From assembly GCA_965242965.1 (NCBI GenBank), contig OZ251518.1, forward strand, positions 2,080,001-2,144,000: a stretch of 64,000 nt of DNA, in the 5' to 3' direction. The notes beneath the pieces are model-generated. The model was given only the letters and a program-made list of their open reading frames with translations, was not told where the DNA came from and did not search any database. Position numbers and translations under genes: made by a program. Shown piece after piece: positions 9,105 to 19,544 of the stretch (the first letter of the stretch is position 1; every line of letters starts with the position of its first letter). This stretch comes from Candidatus Poribacteria bacterium (GTDB lineage: Bacteria; Poribacteria; WGA-4E; WGA-3G).

Positions 9105-9986
9105 TAGCGCGACGATAATCCAGACATGGCGCGGGACAGGCCCGCGCCCTACAGTAAGCGGCACGTTTTTTCACCGTAGCGCGGGAGACAGGCCCCCGCA
9201 ATCGCCCGCAGAGCGCGCGACGATGATCCAGACATGGCGCGGGACAGGCCCGCGCCCTACAGTAAGCGGCACGTTTTTTCACCGTAGCGCGGGAGACAGG
9301 CCCCCGCAATCGCCCGCGCGAAAACATCTCTTCAGGTCCTTTAGGTCCTGCATGTCTATAGTATCCCGCCGACAGAGAAGAGCCCTAAGGTCCTTTAGGT
9401 CCTTAATAGGCAGCGGACACATCGCAGCAGAAAACATTAAGGTCCTACGGACCTTGAGGACTTGGCGGGCTGCACGGGCTATAGACATTAAGGTCCTACG
9501 GACCTAAAGGCAAACCCTTTCCTGGCCCGGAGCGAGGGAGCCGCGCAGGCGAGCGGGTTTCCCCCGCGAGCACCCGCGCGAAAACATCTCTTCAGGTCCT
9601 TTAGGTCCTGCATGTCTATAGTATCCCGCCGACAGAGAAGAGCCTTAAGGTCCTTTAGGTCCTTAATAGGCAGCGGACACATCGCAGCAGAAAACATTAA
9701 GGTCCTACGGACCTTGAGGACTTGGCGGGCTGCGCGGGCTATAGACATTAAGGTCCTACGGACCTAAAGGCAACCGCTTTCCTGGCCCGTAGCGCGGGGG
9801 CCTGTCCCCCGCGTGCTCCATCGTCATGATGTGCAGTACCCCCTCTGTAGTTTGTGATCGCCTGATCACAAACGGTCGGGATCAGGCGATCCCGAACTAC
9901 AGAGCCTGGCGCGAGAACAATGGCGAGGGACAGGCCATCGCCCTACGGGCCGCCAGCGGAAGCGGAAACGAGGACTAAACCGCGCC
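9105..9986. repeat. REP mosaic with a 108-bp tandem duplication and a ~200-bp direct duplication (260-bp period) of the four-box palindrome
   Basis: cagacatggcgcgggacagg at 9121 and 9229; four-box copies at 9332-9507 and 9592-9767 are nearly identical. Confidence 0.9.
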
Positions 9987-11846
9987 CTACGAATCGCCAG
10001 CGGAAGCAGAATCGGATGCGGAATCTGCTTTGGCACCGAGTCCGGAAGCGTAATTCTGAACGACCTCGGCGATTTTCCCGGTATCCAAACCGCTAAAGTC
10101 CACAATCTCCTTAAGCAACGGCAGTGCCGCGCCCGCGTTCACAATGGAGCTGAGGATACGGTTGGAGCTGCCGGAAGTGCCATTGCCGTTGCTGCCGCCA
10201 AGGTCCAGCACTCGGATGCTCTCGATGCGTTCCGCCGGTTTCATCAACTCACTCGTGACTTCAGGGAGCGATTCAACGAGTGCCAACACGGCATCGCTCA
10301 CCAGCACCTGCGGTTCCGCCTTGTTCTTGGCGGCAATCGATGCCTCTTCGCCATCGGCTTTCGCCTTCGCCTCAATGAGCAAGGCTTCGGCGAGAATCTT
10401 CTGTGCCTCCGCTTTGACTTCGGCTGCCGACAACGTCGCCTTCGCGGCTTCAACGACAGCATAAGCCTCGGCATCGGCAGCGCGTTCTTTGGCGATGCGC
10501 TCTTCGTCAGCCTCTTGCTCGGCGCGAATCAGCGCAATCTGGCTTTGACGTTCGGCTTCCTCAACGGCTTCTGCCGTTGCAACCTTTGCTTCTGCCTGTG
10601 CCTTCGCGGCAGAAACTTGCAAGAGTTCAATCAGTGCGGACTCGCGTGCGCGCTCTTTAATCGAGACCTGGATGGCATTCTCTGCCTCTGCCTCTTTCTC
10701 CTCGCGCTCCTTCTCAATCAGCACAATTCGGCTGGCGATGCTCGCCTCTTCCACGTCGCGTTCCTGCTCAATCTTCGCCTGTTCGATGGAGAGGTTCCGC
10801 GCAATTTCCGCTTCTTGGACGCGCTGTTCTTGCTGAACGCGAGCCACTTCAACAACTTGCTTTTGTGAAATCTCGCTTTCTTGCACTTGGCGTTCCTGCT
10901 CAATCCGCGCCATCTCCAACTTCTGCTTTTGGGTGATGGTGGCGGATTTCACTGCTTCCTCTTGTCGCAGCCGCGCTTCCTCGATGGCTTGCTGCTGCTC
11001 AAGCTGATGCGATTCAACCTCGCGCGCCTGCTCCGCCTTGTTCGTAGCGATTGCCTTGCGCTGCTCTTCCTGCGCGAACTCAAGCCGCCGTTCTACCTCC
11101 AGCGTCTGCGTTTCGGTTTCCTCTTCGCGCTGCTTGATCTCAAGTTCCGCTTTGAGCCGGTCTTCCTCGCGTTTGACCTGGTTTTCGTGCTCAATGCGCG
11201 CGGTCTGCGTCTGCCGGTCCTCCACCTCCTGCTTGATAGTCTGGATGGCGACAACGTCAAACCGATTGTTCTCATCAAGCGCGTCAAGCGGTGTCTGGTC
11301 CAGATTCGTCACGGCGACGCTTTCAAGCTTGAACCCGTTTTGCTCAAGATCATCGCGACAAGCCTCTTGAACCTGGTCAGAAAATTCTTGGCGTTTCTCG
11401 TGCAGTTCCTGCAAGTCCATCGTTGCGGCGACGCTTCGCAGGACACCTACGAGTTTTCCTTCCAGCAGCGTGTTCACAGCACCCGGTGTCAAGGTTTTGT
11501 CACCAAGGCTGGCTACGGCTTTAAGGACATCCTGTTCAATGGGTTCAATCTTGACATAGAACTGCGCCTCCAGATCGACCCGGAGACTATCGCGCGTAAT
11601 CAATGCCGCTTGCCCTGTGCGTTCTACTGGGAGCTGCATCGTGTTTAACGACATGAGTTGCGTGGTATTCGTAATCGGATTAATCAGGCTGCCGCCGAAG
11701 ACAACGCGCTTCTTGCGGCCTCCGGAAACCACGAGCGCGGAATCGGGAGGTGCCTTTCGATAAAACGATTTGTAGATAAGCACGAAAATCACGAATAGTG
11801 CAACAATGCTACCTACAATGGTGATAAATAGACTGGGGTTCGGCAT
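9987..11846 (-). CDS. Flotillin/SPFH family protein (YqiK-like)
   Basis: N-terminal TM helix, SPFH domain (LRSVAATMDLQELHEKR), long EA-rich coiled coil, ERIESIRV tail. Confidence 0.93.
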   Translation of the reverse strand: MPNPSLFITIVGSIVALFVIFVLIYKSFYRKAPPDSALVVSGGRKKRVVFGGSLINPITNTTQLMSLNTMQLPVERTGQAALITRDSLRVDLEAQFYVKIEPIEQDVLKAVASLGDKTLTPGAVNTLLEGKLVGVLRSVAATMDLQELHEKRQEFSDQVQEACRDDLEQNGFKLESVAVTNLDQTPLDALDENNRFDVVAIQTIKQEVEDRQTQTARIEHENQVKREEDRLKAELEIKQREEETETQTLEVERRLEFAQEEQRKAIATNKAEQAREVESHQLEQQQAIEEARLRQEEAVKSATITQKQKLEMARIEQERQVQESEISQKQVVEVARVQQEQRVQEAEIARNLSIEQAKIEQERDVEEASIASRIVLIEKEREEKEAEAENAIQVSIKERARESALIELLQVSAAKAQAEAKVATAEAVEEAERQSQIALIRAEQEADEERIAKERAADAEAYAVVEAAKATLSAAEVKAEAQKILAEALLIEAKAKADGEEASIAAKNKAEPQVLVSDAVLALVESLPEVTSELMKPAERIESIRVLDLGGSNGNGTSGSSNRILSSIVNAGAALPLLKEIVDFSGLDTGKIAEVVQNYASGLGAKADSASDSASAGDS

Positions 11847-11928
11847 GAGAATTCCTCCACTGGGAAATTAAAAAAGCGAATGTATCAGCAGTGCATCGCG
11901 TGCTCGTAGGCGCGGTTTGAAACAGCCC

Positions 11929-12633
11929 CTACGGCACTTGTTGCAACTCTGCTTCGGCTTTTTTCACATCAAAGATTCGTTTTTCATCGTCATAGTTGAC
12001 GAGGATAACGGTATCTCCCTTGACAGGGTTGCCCTGGTCTTTTTTGACACGACAATTGACAGTTAATGCCGGTCCTTCCGGCACTTGCACGCGCACCGTC
12101 CCGAAAGTCGTTGTGATTTGTCCGCTAATCACGCGTCCTCGCATGCCGAGCAGTTGGACATCGGTGATGGCGCGTTCGCTTTCAGGAAATAACTTGGAAA
12201 TGCCAAACGTGAGATAGCGGGTGCCGACGAGACTACAGAGAAACGCGACGGCGCACGATGCCCAAACCCAGTTCGGGTTCGCTGCGACGTTGAAAAGCGC
12301 GTTGGCGATGAGTCCCGTCATGCCCCATGTTGCGAATAGCGACATCAGCACTACCATGATGGGGACTCTGCCGACGTTCAAGAATCCTAACACGTCAACG
12401 AAAGAACCGTTCTGTCCTTCCGTATCTGCGTCCGCGTCGGTATCTGCGTCCGCGTCCATATCTGCGTCTACGTCTGCATCTACGTCCACGTCTGCATCTG
12501 CGTCGACATCCGCGTCTCCGAAATCCATGCCGCCCATGACGAGCCGGAAGATTGCGAAGATGAAAACGAGTGCGAGCGGTGCAGTGAACCAAACATTGTA
12601 ATCAACAAGGAGGTAATTGAGATATGCGAGCAT
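11929..12633 (-). CDS. YqiJ/NfeD-like membrane protein with OB-fold, flotillin partner
   Basis: TM helices, (DAD)n acidic linker, FLNVGRVP; directly upstream of flotillin. Confidence 0.85.
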   Translation of the reverse strand: MLAYLNYLLVDYNVWFTAPLALVFIFAIFRLVMGGMDFGDADVDADADVDVDADVDADMDADADTDADADTEGQNGSFVDVLGFLNVGRVPIMVVLMSLFATWGMTGLIANALFNVAANPNWVWASCAVAFLCSLVGTRYLTFGISKLFPESERAITDVQLLGMRGRVISGQITTTFGTVRVQVPEGPALTVNCRVKKDQGNPVKGDTVILVNYDDEKRIFDVKKAEAELQQVP

Positions 12634-12667
12634 AACACGAGTCGTGCGGCTGCGCCGCGCGCCTCCT

Positions 12668-13054
12668 CTAACGTTTAATGCGTGCGCTGATGTGTGCTTG
12701 AACGCGTTTTGCCTGACGGAGCGTGAGGTTCTCCAGCCAATGCACGTTTCGCGTCACCTGAATTTCAAGGCGGGCCTGCCTGAAAATCCGATGCCTGAGC
12801 CCGCAAACGAGGCGCACGTCTTCTATCTCCGTGAAAAGCACATTACACCGGATATTGGCGTATGAGACGCTCAGGCTGCCTATCTGCCGTTCATCTAATA
12901 CCAGCACGCGATGCGAGGTGACAACGACAAAATCAGGACTTAAGAGGGTTGAGCGGCCCAGCGTGAAGAAACAGAAGCGTTCGTCCGGCATCAACTCGGT
13001 CCGGATTAACTGTTGGATCCGGGGTGGTAAATTCTCCAGCACTCCCATTGCCAT
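12668..13054 (-). CDS. Hypothetical protein, possible bacterial PH domain
   Basis: ELMPDE...VVVTSHRVLVLD pattern; AGGAG upstream. Confidence 0.55.
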   Translation of the reverse strand: MAMGVLENLPPRIQQLIRTELMPDERFCFFTLGRSTLLSPDFVVVTSHRVLVLDERQIGSLSVSYANIRCNVLFTEIEDVRLVCGLRHRIFRQARLEIQVTRNVHWLENLTLRQAKRVQAHISARIKR

Positions 13055-13165
13055 GCTCCTACAGAGAATTCTGTAGTTTGAGAGCCCTTGAGCTCAACCG
13101 GGGCGAAGATCTGGCGAGACTGCCCTACAGAGAGGGACTCCCATTTCCCTCCGAATATTTTTTTG

Positions 13166-13198
13166 CCGGGAGGCGCGCTTTCAACGCGCGCCTCCCGG
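13166..13198. terminator. Strong hairpin 3' of tmRNA
   Basis: ccgggaggcgcgc/gcgcgcctcccgg 13-bp stem. No U-tract on the tmRNA strand, so not a canonical intrinsic terminator. Confidence 0.45.
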
Positions 13199-13210
13199 GT
13201 CCTTCTTGAA

Positions 13211-13559
13211 TGGAGGTGGCGGGAATCGAACCCGCGTCCGAAGGCATTTCAATAGAGGCTACTACATGCTTGTCACAGGATCAAGGTTCACCACGCCGAT
13301 GCTCCTGTGCGGGCATCGTGCGCGGCTATCTCAAGTCAAGATTCGCGGTTCGCTCCTTGAGAAAATGCGAACGGCTAGCCTGTATTGCGACGCTTTAGCC
13401 TCCCTGACAGGCGGCAGGTCAGCCAAGCGTGGCCGCATTAAGCAGCCAGTGCTAATTCTTCATCAGCAATTATAGTTGTTCCGCCAATTTAACGAGGCCT
13501 GCGGATCCTCGGCATGCAACCTATATCTCATCTACCTCCGTCGAAACCTTGTCACCCCC
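13211..13559 (-). ncRNA. ssrA: tmRNA, tag (A)ADEELALAA*
   Basis: 5' GGGGGTGACAAGGTTTCGAC and 3' GCGGGTTCGATTCCCGCCACCTCCA with G3-U pair; tag ORF 13467-13438; adjacent to smpB. Confidence 0.96.
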
Positions 13560-13650
13560 AAAATCGCCTGGGTATAGGCACTCCCCTGTAGGAGAGACCT
13601 CCCGGTCTCGTATCAAAACTTCGTCACCCCAAAATCGCCTTAGTCTGGCG

Positions 13651-14112
13651 TTAGTGATAGGTGCGCATTTCGCGCTCGACTTCCTCGCGTTCCAGCTGCG
13701 CGCGTTTATCGTAAAGCCGTTTGCCGACAGCGACTGCCAACTCTAGTTTCACCTTGCCATTGCTAAAATAGGCGCGGGTAGGAACGATAGTCATCCCCTT
13801 TGAACGGATAGAACGTTCCAGTTTGTTGATTTCCCGGCGATGCAACAGGAGTTTCCGATTCCGCTTCGGCTCATGATTGGCAGTGTTACCTTGCTCATAC
13901 AGCCCGATGTGCGCGTCTGTCAGAAATAGTTCGCCGCCGCTAATCTGCGCGTAACTATCCGTTAGATTCATCTGTCCTGCGCGAATCGCCTTCACTTCAG
14001 TCCCTTGCAAGACGATGCCGGCTTCGTACCGGTCCTGCAGATGGTAGTCGTGTCGCGCTTTCCGGTTGACGGTAATTACCGGGCTTTGCGTGGAATTTTT
14101 CTGATTTTTCAT
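13651..14112 (-). CDS. smpB: SsrA-binding protein
   Basis: NRKARHDY, EAGIVLQGTEVK, RKLLLHRREI, GKRLYDKR motifs. Confidence 0.98.
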   Translation of the reverse strand: MKNQKNSTQSPVITVNRKARHDYHLQDRYEAGIVLQGTEVKAIRAGQMNLTDSYAQISGGELFLTDAHIGLYEQGNTANHEPKRNRKLLLHRREINKLERSIRSKGMTIVPTRAYFSNGKVKLELAVAVGKRLYDKRAQLEREEVEREMRTYH

Positions 14113-14144
14113 GATTTTTCGGCAATTTTGTTCCGTTTGTATCA

Positions 14145-14174
14145 ATTATACCACAAAATTAACCCGTATGTCAA
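14145..14174 (-). promoter_or_regulatory. sigma70 promoter of smpB-ssrA
   Basis: TTGACA-18-TATAAT with TGn extended -10. Confidence 0.75.
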
Positions 14175-14204
14175 GAAAAAATTCAAATTATTGCGAAATA
14201 GCGT

Positions 14205-15080
14205 CTACTTAAGCGTCCTCTCAAAATCTTTCAACAGATTCCGTTGTCGCCGCGTCAGCGATTTGGGGACTTCCACCACCAAGCGCACGCGTAAATCGCC
14301 TTTCCGGCCGGAGGCATCCGTAATCCCTTGCCCACCCAATCGTAACAGCTGCTCGGGCTGCGTTCCGGCAGAAATCTTGATATTCACCTCACCCGTTACG
14401 TTTTGGACGCGCACCGTGCCGCCTAACGCCGCTGTCGTCATCGGAATCGTTACGTCTGTCACCAGGTCGAGTCCATCGCGCGTCAGCGTTGGATGTGGTT
14501 GGACGGCTACCTGCACGAGCAAATCGCCGGCTCCCCCTCTGCCATTCGGCTGTCCGTGGCCGCGAACCCGCAAGGTTTGTCCGTCCTTAATACCAGGGGG
14601 AATTTTCAGGGCGATATTCGCGCCGAGGCGGCGGACATTTTTCTCTGCGCCGAGCACCGAGTCCGCGAAGGTAATCGTGAGACTGATGCGGACATCTCGG
14701 TTGCGTGGCGGTGCAGCCTCACGATGCTGCGGACCGAACACATCCCCGAATGCATCGCTGAACCCACCAAACCCACTAAACCCACTGCGCCCGAAAATAT
14801 CGTTCAGGTTCAGGTTCGCGAAGATATCGTCCATGTTGGCGTATCCCTCGAAGCCCATCCCGTGGACACCGGCGTGGCCGCGCGTATCGTAGACGCGCCG
14901 CTTCTCCGGATCGGACAAGACTGAATACGCGTTTGATGCCTCCTTGAATTTCTCCTCAGCGGCTTTGTCACCCGGATTCTTGTCGGGATGATACCGCACC
15001 GCGAGTTTGCGATACGCCTTTTTGATTTCGTCCGGCGTGGCGTTTCTGCCCACGCCGAGTATTTTGTAGTAGTCTCTCAT
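14205..15080 (-). CDS. DnaJ-class co-chaperone lacking the zinc finger (CbpA/DnaJ2-like)
   Basis: J domain with HPD, G/F-rich linker, DnaJ C domain, no CxxCxGxG repeats. Confidence 0.93.
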   Translation of the reverse strand: MRDYYKILGVGRNATPDEIKKAYRKLAVRYHPDKNPGDKAAEEKFKEASNAYSVLSDPEKRRVYDTRGHAGVHGMGFEGYANMDDIFANLNLNDIFGRSGFSGFGGFSDAFGDVFGPQHREAAPPRNRDVRISLTITFADSVLGAEKNVRRLGANIALKIPPGIKDGQTLRVRGHGQPNGRGGAGDLLVQVAVQPHPTLTRDGLDLVTDVTIPMTTAALGGTVRVQNVTGEVNIKISAGTQPEQLLRLGGQGITDASGRKGDLRVRLVVEVPKSLTRRQRNLLKDFERTLK

Positions 15081-15082
15081 AA

Positions 15083-15365
15083 TTTTGTTAGAAGTCGCGT
15101 GTTGAGGGACAGGCCCTCAACCTACGCGCAAGAAGCATTTTGTCAGAGGGAGCATGTTGAGGGACAGGCCCTCAACCTACGCGCAAGCAGCACTTTGTTA
15201 GAGGGAGCATGTTGAGGGACAGGCCCTCAACCTACGCGCAGGCAGCATTTTTCCCGGTAGGAGAGACCTCCAGGTCTCGATTTTACAAACCCTCAACCTA
15301 CGCGCAGGCAGCACTTTGTTAGAGGGAGCGTGTTGAGGGACAGGCCCTCAACCTACGTGCAGGTA
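15083..15365. repeat. 55-bp tandem repeat carrying REP gttgagggacaggccctcaacctac, interrupted by a GTAGGAGAGACC REP
   Basis: Hairpin at 15101, 15156, 15211 and 15332 with near-identical linkers. Confidence 0.9.
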
Positions 15366-15384
15366 GCACGCGGGCAAATCACGT

Positions 15385-16485
15385 CTATAACCTTGCACAC
15401 AACTCAGTTACGCTTGCAATCCGCTCATAATCTTTGACAAGGGTAACCCCGAACGCCAGCGCGGCGGTTTCTGCACGCAACTTTCGGCGCGCATCCGCAA
15501 TACCCTCAATGTCTTTGACATGCGCCGCGCCGATAATCCGCCGCAATACCTCCATGCCAGCAAAGCCAACCGCGGTGTGGAAGATGTGCTTTAACGTCCC
15601 TGTCTTTCCACCGGTTTGAAACGCCGCCGCATAACTCTCCCATGTCCGAACAAGTGCCGTTTTGAGAGCCGATTGCACGGCGGCATTGCCGATATGCGAA
15701 AAATAGGACAAGCCGTAATTCGCCCAGAACAACCCGATATCAAAACCGACGGGCCCGTAAAACGCAAACTCCGCATCGATAACCTTGGCCGAATCGCCGC
15801 GCGCCATGACGCTTCCCGTATGCAGGTCTCCGTGAGTCAAACCCTGTTGTTCAGTAAGGAAGATGTCCTTGAGCTGACGTGCCTTTTGCAAGAACTCTTC
15901 ATCTGCTTTCAACCGCGCAACCTTATCCGTCAATTCTGCCGTGTAGAAGTTCGTTTCGTGCGCCGTGAAAGGCAAGGTAAAGACGTAATCCGCCGTTATC
16001 TCCCGCATCGCCGCGTTATCAAAACGTTCACGCTCTTCGGCGCAAGGCTCGCGATGCACGCGCCCCAGAAACCTGCCGATTTGCATGGGAACCGCCTGAC
16101 TGACATTCCCCGCGATGAGTGCATCTCGCAATAAATGGTAACCGCCCAGGTCCTCCATGACGATAACAGCGTTTTCCGCGTCGAAATAGTGAGGCGCGGG
16201 AGCCGCACCCGCAGCCAACCGATGGTAACTCTCCAAGGCGCGAAATTCATAAGTCAAGCGTTGCGTCGTCAACGGATACGCCGGCCCTAAAATCTTAATG
16301 TAGGGTGGTGCCTGCTTGACAATAAGCGAGCACTTCGGGTTCGCCGCATCAAACACCCGATGGACGAAATTCAGATTGCCATCGCCGATTTCCGCTGCGA
16401 CGAGCTCGGCATCAGCGGCAAAGTAGGCTATCTCGGTGTGGCGTTCTTGAAGATAACGCGGGATGGTATCCTTGTTGAGTTCCAT
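15385..16485 (-). CDS. mtnK: S-methyl-5-thioribose kinase
   Basis: EIGDGNLNFV, IVKQAPPY, HGDLHTGS, IDAEFAFYGP, RRIIGAAHVKD motifs. Confidence 0.95.
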   Translation of the reverse strand: MELNKDTIPRYLQERHTEIAYFAADAELVAAEIGDGNLNFVHRVFDAANPKCSLIVKQAPPYIKILGPAYPLTTQRLTYEFRALESYHRLAAGAAPAPHYFDAENAVIVMEDLGGYHLLRDALIAGNVSQAVPMQIGRFLGRVHREPCAEERERFDNAAMREITADYVFTLPFTAHETNFYTAELTDKVARLKADEEFLQKARQLKDIFLTEQQGLTHGDLHTGSVMARGDSAKVIDAEFAFYGPVGFDIGLFWANYGLSYFSHIGNAAVQSALKTALVRTWESYAAAFQTGGKTGTLKHIFHTAVGFAGMEVLRRIIGAAHVKDIEGIADARRKLRAETAALAFGVTLVKDYERIASVTELCARL

Positions 16486-16522
16486 TTTTTCTTCAGCGAA
16501 GTGACCGGACAGCGAAATCCTT

Positions 16523-17524
16523 TTAGCCCAACAACTTCTCTGCAATCTGAATTGCGTTTAACGCCGCACCCTTGCGCAGATTATCGGCGACTACCCACAG
16601 ATTCAGCCCATTTTCAACGGAAGCATCCTCGCGGATGCGGCCGACATACACGTCATCTTTCCCAGCGGCATCCACGGCGAGCGGGTATTTCCGGTTGCCC
16701 GGGTCATCGATTAACTTCACACCGGGTGCATCGGCGAGGCACTCCCGTGCCTGTGCCGGCGTGAGTTTTTCGCGCGTCTCCACGTTAATCGATTCGGAGT
16801 GCGCATAGAAGACAGGGACACGAACCGTCGTCGCCGAGACACCGATAGATTCATCTTCAAGAATCTTCCGAGTCTCGCTGATCATTTTCACTTCTTCTTC
16901 GTTATCGCCGCTATCGGCGAAGGGCCAATCAAACGCGACATTGAACGCCATCTGATGTGGGAACAACTCCAAGTCAATCGGCTTACCTTGCAACGCCGAG
17001 GTAGTCTGCTGGACAAGTTCCGTGACAGCGCGCCCACTTTTGCCGGAGACGCTCTGATAGGTAGAGACGACAATCCTCTTGATGCCGACAGCATCGTAAA
17101 TCGGCTTGAGTGCCACCATCATTTGGATGGTGGAGCAATTAGGGTTCGCGATGAGCCGATTATGTTTCTGGACGGCGTGCATGTTCACTTCCGGCACGAC
17201 AAGCGGGGTATCCGCATCCATCCGGAACGCGCTCGTATTGTCAATGACTAACGCCCCATTTTCCACCGCGGTCGGGATGAACTCGCGGCTCACCGACGCG
17301 CCCGCTGACGAAAAAACCACGTCAATGTCGCCGAACGAATCGTGCGTTAATTCCTCAACGATGATATGTTCGTCTTGAAAGGTGATGATTTCACCCGCCG
17401 ACCGGTGTGATGCCAGCAGTTTGAGTGAAGCGATGGGAAAGTCCCGTTCTGCTAACAGTTCCAACAACGTATTGCCGACAGCACCTGTCGCGCCGACAAC
17501 CGCTACACGATAACTCTCACACAT
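16523..17524 (-). CDS. asd: Aspartate-semialdehyde dehydrogenase
   Basis: VVGATGAVG, NPNCSTIQ, DNLRKGAALNA motifs. Confidence 0.98.
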   Translation of the reverse strand: MCESYRVAVVGATGAVGNTLLELLAERDFPIASLKLLASHRSAGEIITFQDEHIIVEELTHDSFGDIDVVFSSAGASVSREFIPTAVENGALVIDNTSAFRMDADTPLVVPEVNMHAVQKHNRLIANPNCSTIQMMVALKPIYDAVGIKRIVVSTYQSVSGKSGRAVTELVQQTTSALQGKPIDLELFPHQMAFNVAFDWPFADSGDNEEEVKMISETRKILEDESIGVSATTVRVPVFYAHSESINVETREKLTPAQARECLADAPGVKLIDDPGNRKYPLAVDAAGKDDVYVGRIREDASVENGLNLWVVADNLRKGAALNAIQIAEKLLG

Positions 17525-17770
17525 TTCTGATATTTTCCTCCTCCTCGGAGTTGAGTCTACAAATAGATTTTTTATGTTTGGCCGCTTTGAACGCGCGATT
17601 CGCGCCTCAAAAGCACACCTATTATGCATTATACCACAAATCCGCGCGTTATGCAAACATTTTTTTGTGGCAAATATTTTGTGAATCTCCGTCTGAAATG
17701 CCGAAATTTCAAAAAAAACGCGCGAAAAGTTGAATTTTGCCTTTTTAATGACGTTTTTTTACAAAAATTG

Positions 17771-17864
17771 TTGACAAATTGTGAAAAATAAGGTATTATA
17801 TTAATGTGCTTGATGATTTAAGCGCACTCTAAACTTGACATTCCCTATATGTTTATCGTATAAT
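17771..17864 (+). promoter_or_regulatory. Two tandem sigma70 promoters of hup
   Basis: TTGACA(17771)-17-TATTAT and TTGACA(17835)-18-TATAAT. Confidence 0.75.
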
Positions 17865-17913
17865 AGAGGTATTGTAAGTTTAAGTTAATCTATTTTTAAA
17901 AGAGGATTCTAAC

Positions 17914-18195
17914 ATGGCTAAATTAATGAAAGGCGACATCGTCAGCAATGTTGCTGAGCAAACAGGGCTCGGCAAGAAACAGGCGAACGCCGCTGTTGAC
18001 GCAGTCGTTGCGACAATTCAAGGCGCTTTGAGTAACGGCGATTCCGTCGCGCTGATCGGGTTCGGCACGTTTGAAGTCCGGACACGGGCTGCACGCAAAG
18101 GCCGCAACCTGGCCACCGGTGAAGAGATGGACATTCCTGAGAAGAATGTCCCGGCTTTTAAAGCCGGCAAGAAGCTCCGGGATGCAGTCGCCTAA
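17914..18195 (+). CDS. hup: DNA-binding protein HU
   Basis: [28 protein letters not shown]. Confidence 0.96.
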   Translation: MAKLMKGDIVSNVAEQTGLGKKQANAAVDAVVATIQGALSNGDSVALIGFGTFEVRTRAARKGRNLATGEEMDIPEKNVPAFKAGKKLRDAVA

Positions 18196-18214
18196 CTTGA
18201 GGCGACGTGGCTTC

Positions 18215-18314
18215 CGTCGTTTGCAAGCAGCTACTGCTTGCAAACGACGACGTTAGGCCCTTAGAGCCGCGGGGGTGCTTTGCGTTTTTATCAAGGAACC
18301 CCCGCGGCTTTTTT
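18215..18314 (+). terminator. 16-bp perfect hairpin followed by an intrinsic terminator
   Basis: cgtcgtttgcaagcag/ctgcttgcaaacgacg (18215-18249), then agccgcgggg...ccccgcggct plus T-tract. Confidence 0.75.
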
Positions 18315-18422
18315 GTCTTGGAAAATTGCGAGGCACTCTGCTAAATCCCCACCCGTTCGGCATCAGGCGAGCCCGAACGAGAGAAATGAATTTGGTATTT
18401 GTCCTTTGTTAGGAGCAGCGGC

Positions 18423-19475
18423 ATGTTAATCCGAACCAGAGCACCTGTCCGCATCGATTTCGCGGGCGGCTGGAGCGACGTAGCCCTCTTTACGGAGGCA
18501 TCGAAAGGGCTCGTCGTCAACGGTGCCATTAACCGATACGCTTACGCAACGCTCGTCTGTGACAGCCAAGCGCAGCACCCCGATTCCGTTGAACTCCAGC
18601 GTATTCTCGATAAAAGCATTCGCATCTATTCTGCCGATTTTGATACGTTCATCGAAGCGGAAGATGTGCGTCAATTGGAATACGATGGCAACATCGATCT
18701 TGTGAAAGCGGCGGTGCGGCAGATGTCTATCCAAATCGGCGGCTTCGATCTGATTACGCAGTCCACCGCGCCGCCGGGCAGTGGGCTCGGCACATCCGCG
18801 GCGATGGGTGTCGCGCTCATCGGTGTGCTTGGCGCGCTGAAGGATGTCACCTACCTCCCGTATCAGTATGCCGAACTCGCCAGCACCATCGAACGGCATG
18901 AACTCGGTATACTTGGTGGTAAACAAGACCATTATGCCAGTGCCCTCGGCGGTATCAACTTCATGGAGTTTCAGGGAGAAGCGGTGAAAACGTCCGCCTT
19001 AAGAATCCCGCCGCACATCCGTTATGAATTGGAAAAAAACCTCGTGCTTTGCTATACCGGGCAATCGCGGCTCTCTGGCAATATCCATCAAAACGTCACA
19101 CACGCCTACAAAAGCGGTGAACCGAGTCTTCGGAAGGCTTTGGAGAACCTGAAATCCATCGCGGAAGCGACGAAAACCGCGCTGCTTCGCGGCCGTTTGA
19201 CAGACTTCGGCGAACTCCTGACAGAAAACTGGCATAATCAGAAAAAACTGCACGCCTCTGTCACGAACGAACAGATAGATAAACTCTTTAAGATTGCGCA
19301 GGCACACGGCGCGATTGGCGGGAAAGCCTGCGGGGCAGGCGGCGGGGGATGTCTCCTCTTCTACTGCCAACCTACGCGCGAACATAGCGTCCGGCAAAAA
19401 TTGGAAGAGGTAGGGAGCCGAATTATTGACTTTAACTTTGATGCTGATGGCATCCAGATGTGGAACGCCGAATAA
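18423..19475 (+). CDS. GHMP kinase (HddA/heptose-7-phosphate kinase-like)
   Basis: APVRIDFAGGWSD, PPGSGLGTS, GGKQD, GAGGGG motifs. Confidence 0.88.
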   Translation: MLIRTRAPVRIDFAGGWSDVALFTEASKGLVVNGAINRYAYATLVCDSQAQHPDSVELQRILDKSIRIYSADFDTFIEAEDVRQLEYDGNIDLVKAAVRQMSIQIGGFDLITQSTAPPGSGLGTSAAMGVALIGVLGALKDVTYLPYQYAELASTIERHELGILGGKQDHYASALGGINFMEFQGEAVKTSALRIPPHIRYELEKNLVLCYTGQSRLSGNIHQNVTHAYKSGEPSLRKALENLKSIAEATKTALLRGRLTDFGELLTENWHNQKKLHASVTNEQIDKLFKIAQAHGAIGGKACGAGGGGCLLFYCQPTREHSVRQKLEEVGSRIIDFNFDADGIQMWNAE

Positions 19476-19544
19476 CTCACTCCTCAAAAAGATTTATTAC
19501 CCTATATAGCGGTGGGCTGTCTTCCGCCATGCGTAAATAATCGA

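Noticed and set aside
9055-9748. ORFs such as MSIARAARQ.. and MFSRGRLRG.. (and similar at 22595, 26851, 32518, 52039, 58020, 63657)
   Set aside because: They are translations of REP mosaics with no protein motifs.
12420-12520. (GAYGCR)n repeat in yqiJ as a novel VNTR
   Set aside because: It encodes the DAD-rich acidic linker that is common in YqiJ/NfeD-like proteins.
13211-13559. tmRNA or tRNA-Pro as the integration site of an island or prophage
   Set aside because: No integrase and no duplicated 3' end (att site) seen in the window.
15083-15365. Palindromic repeats at 55-bp period as CRISPR
   Set aside because: The intervening sequences are near-identical, so this is a tandem REP repeat.
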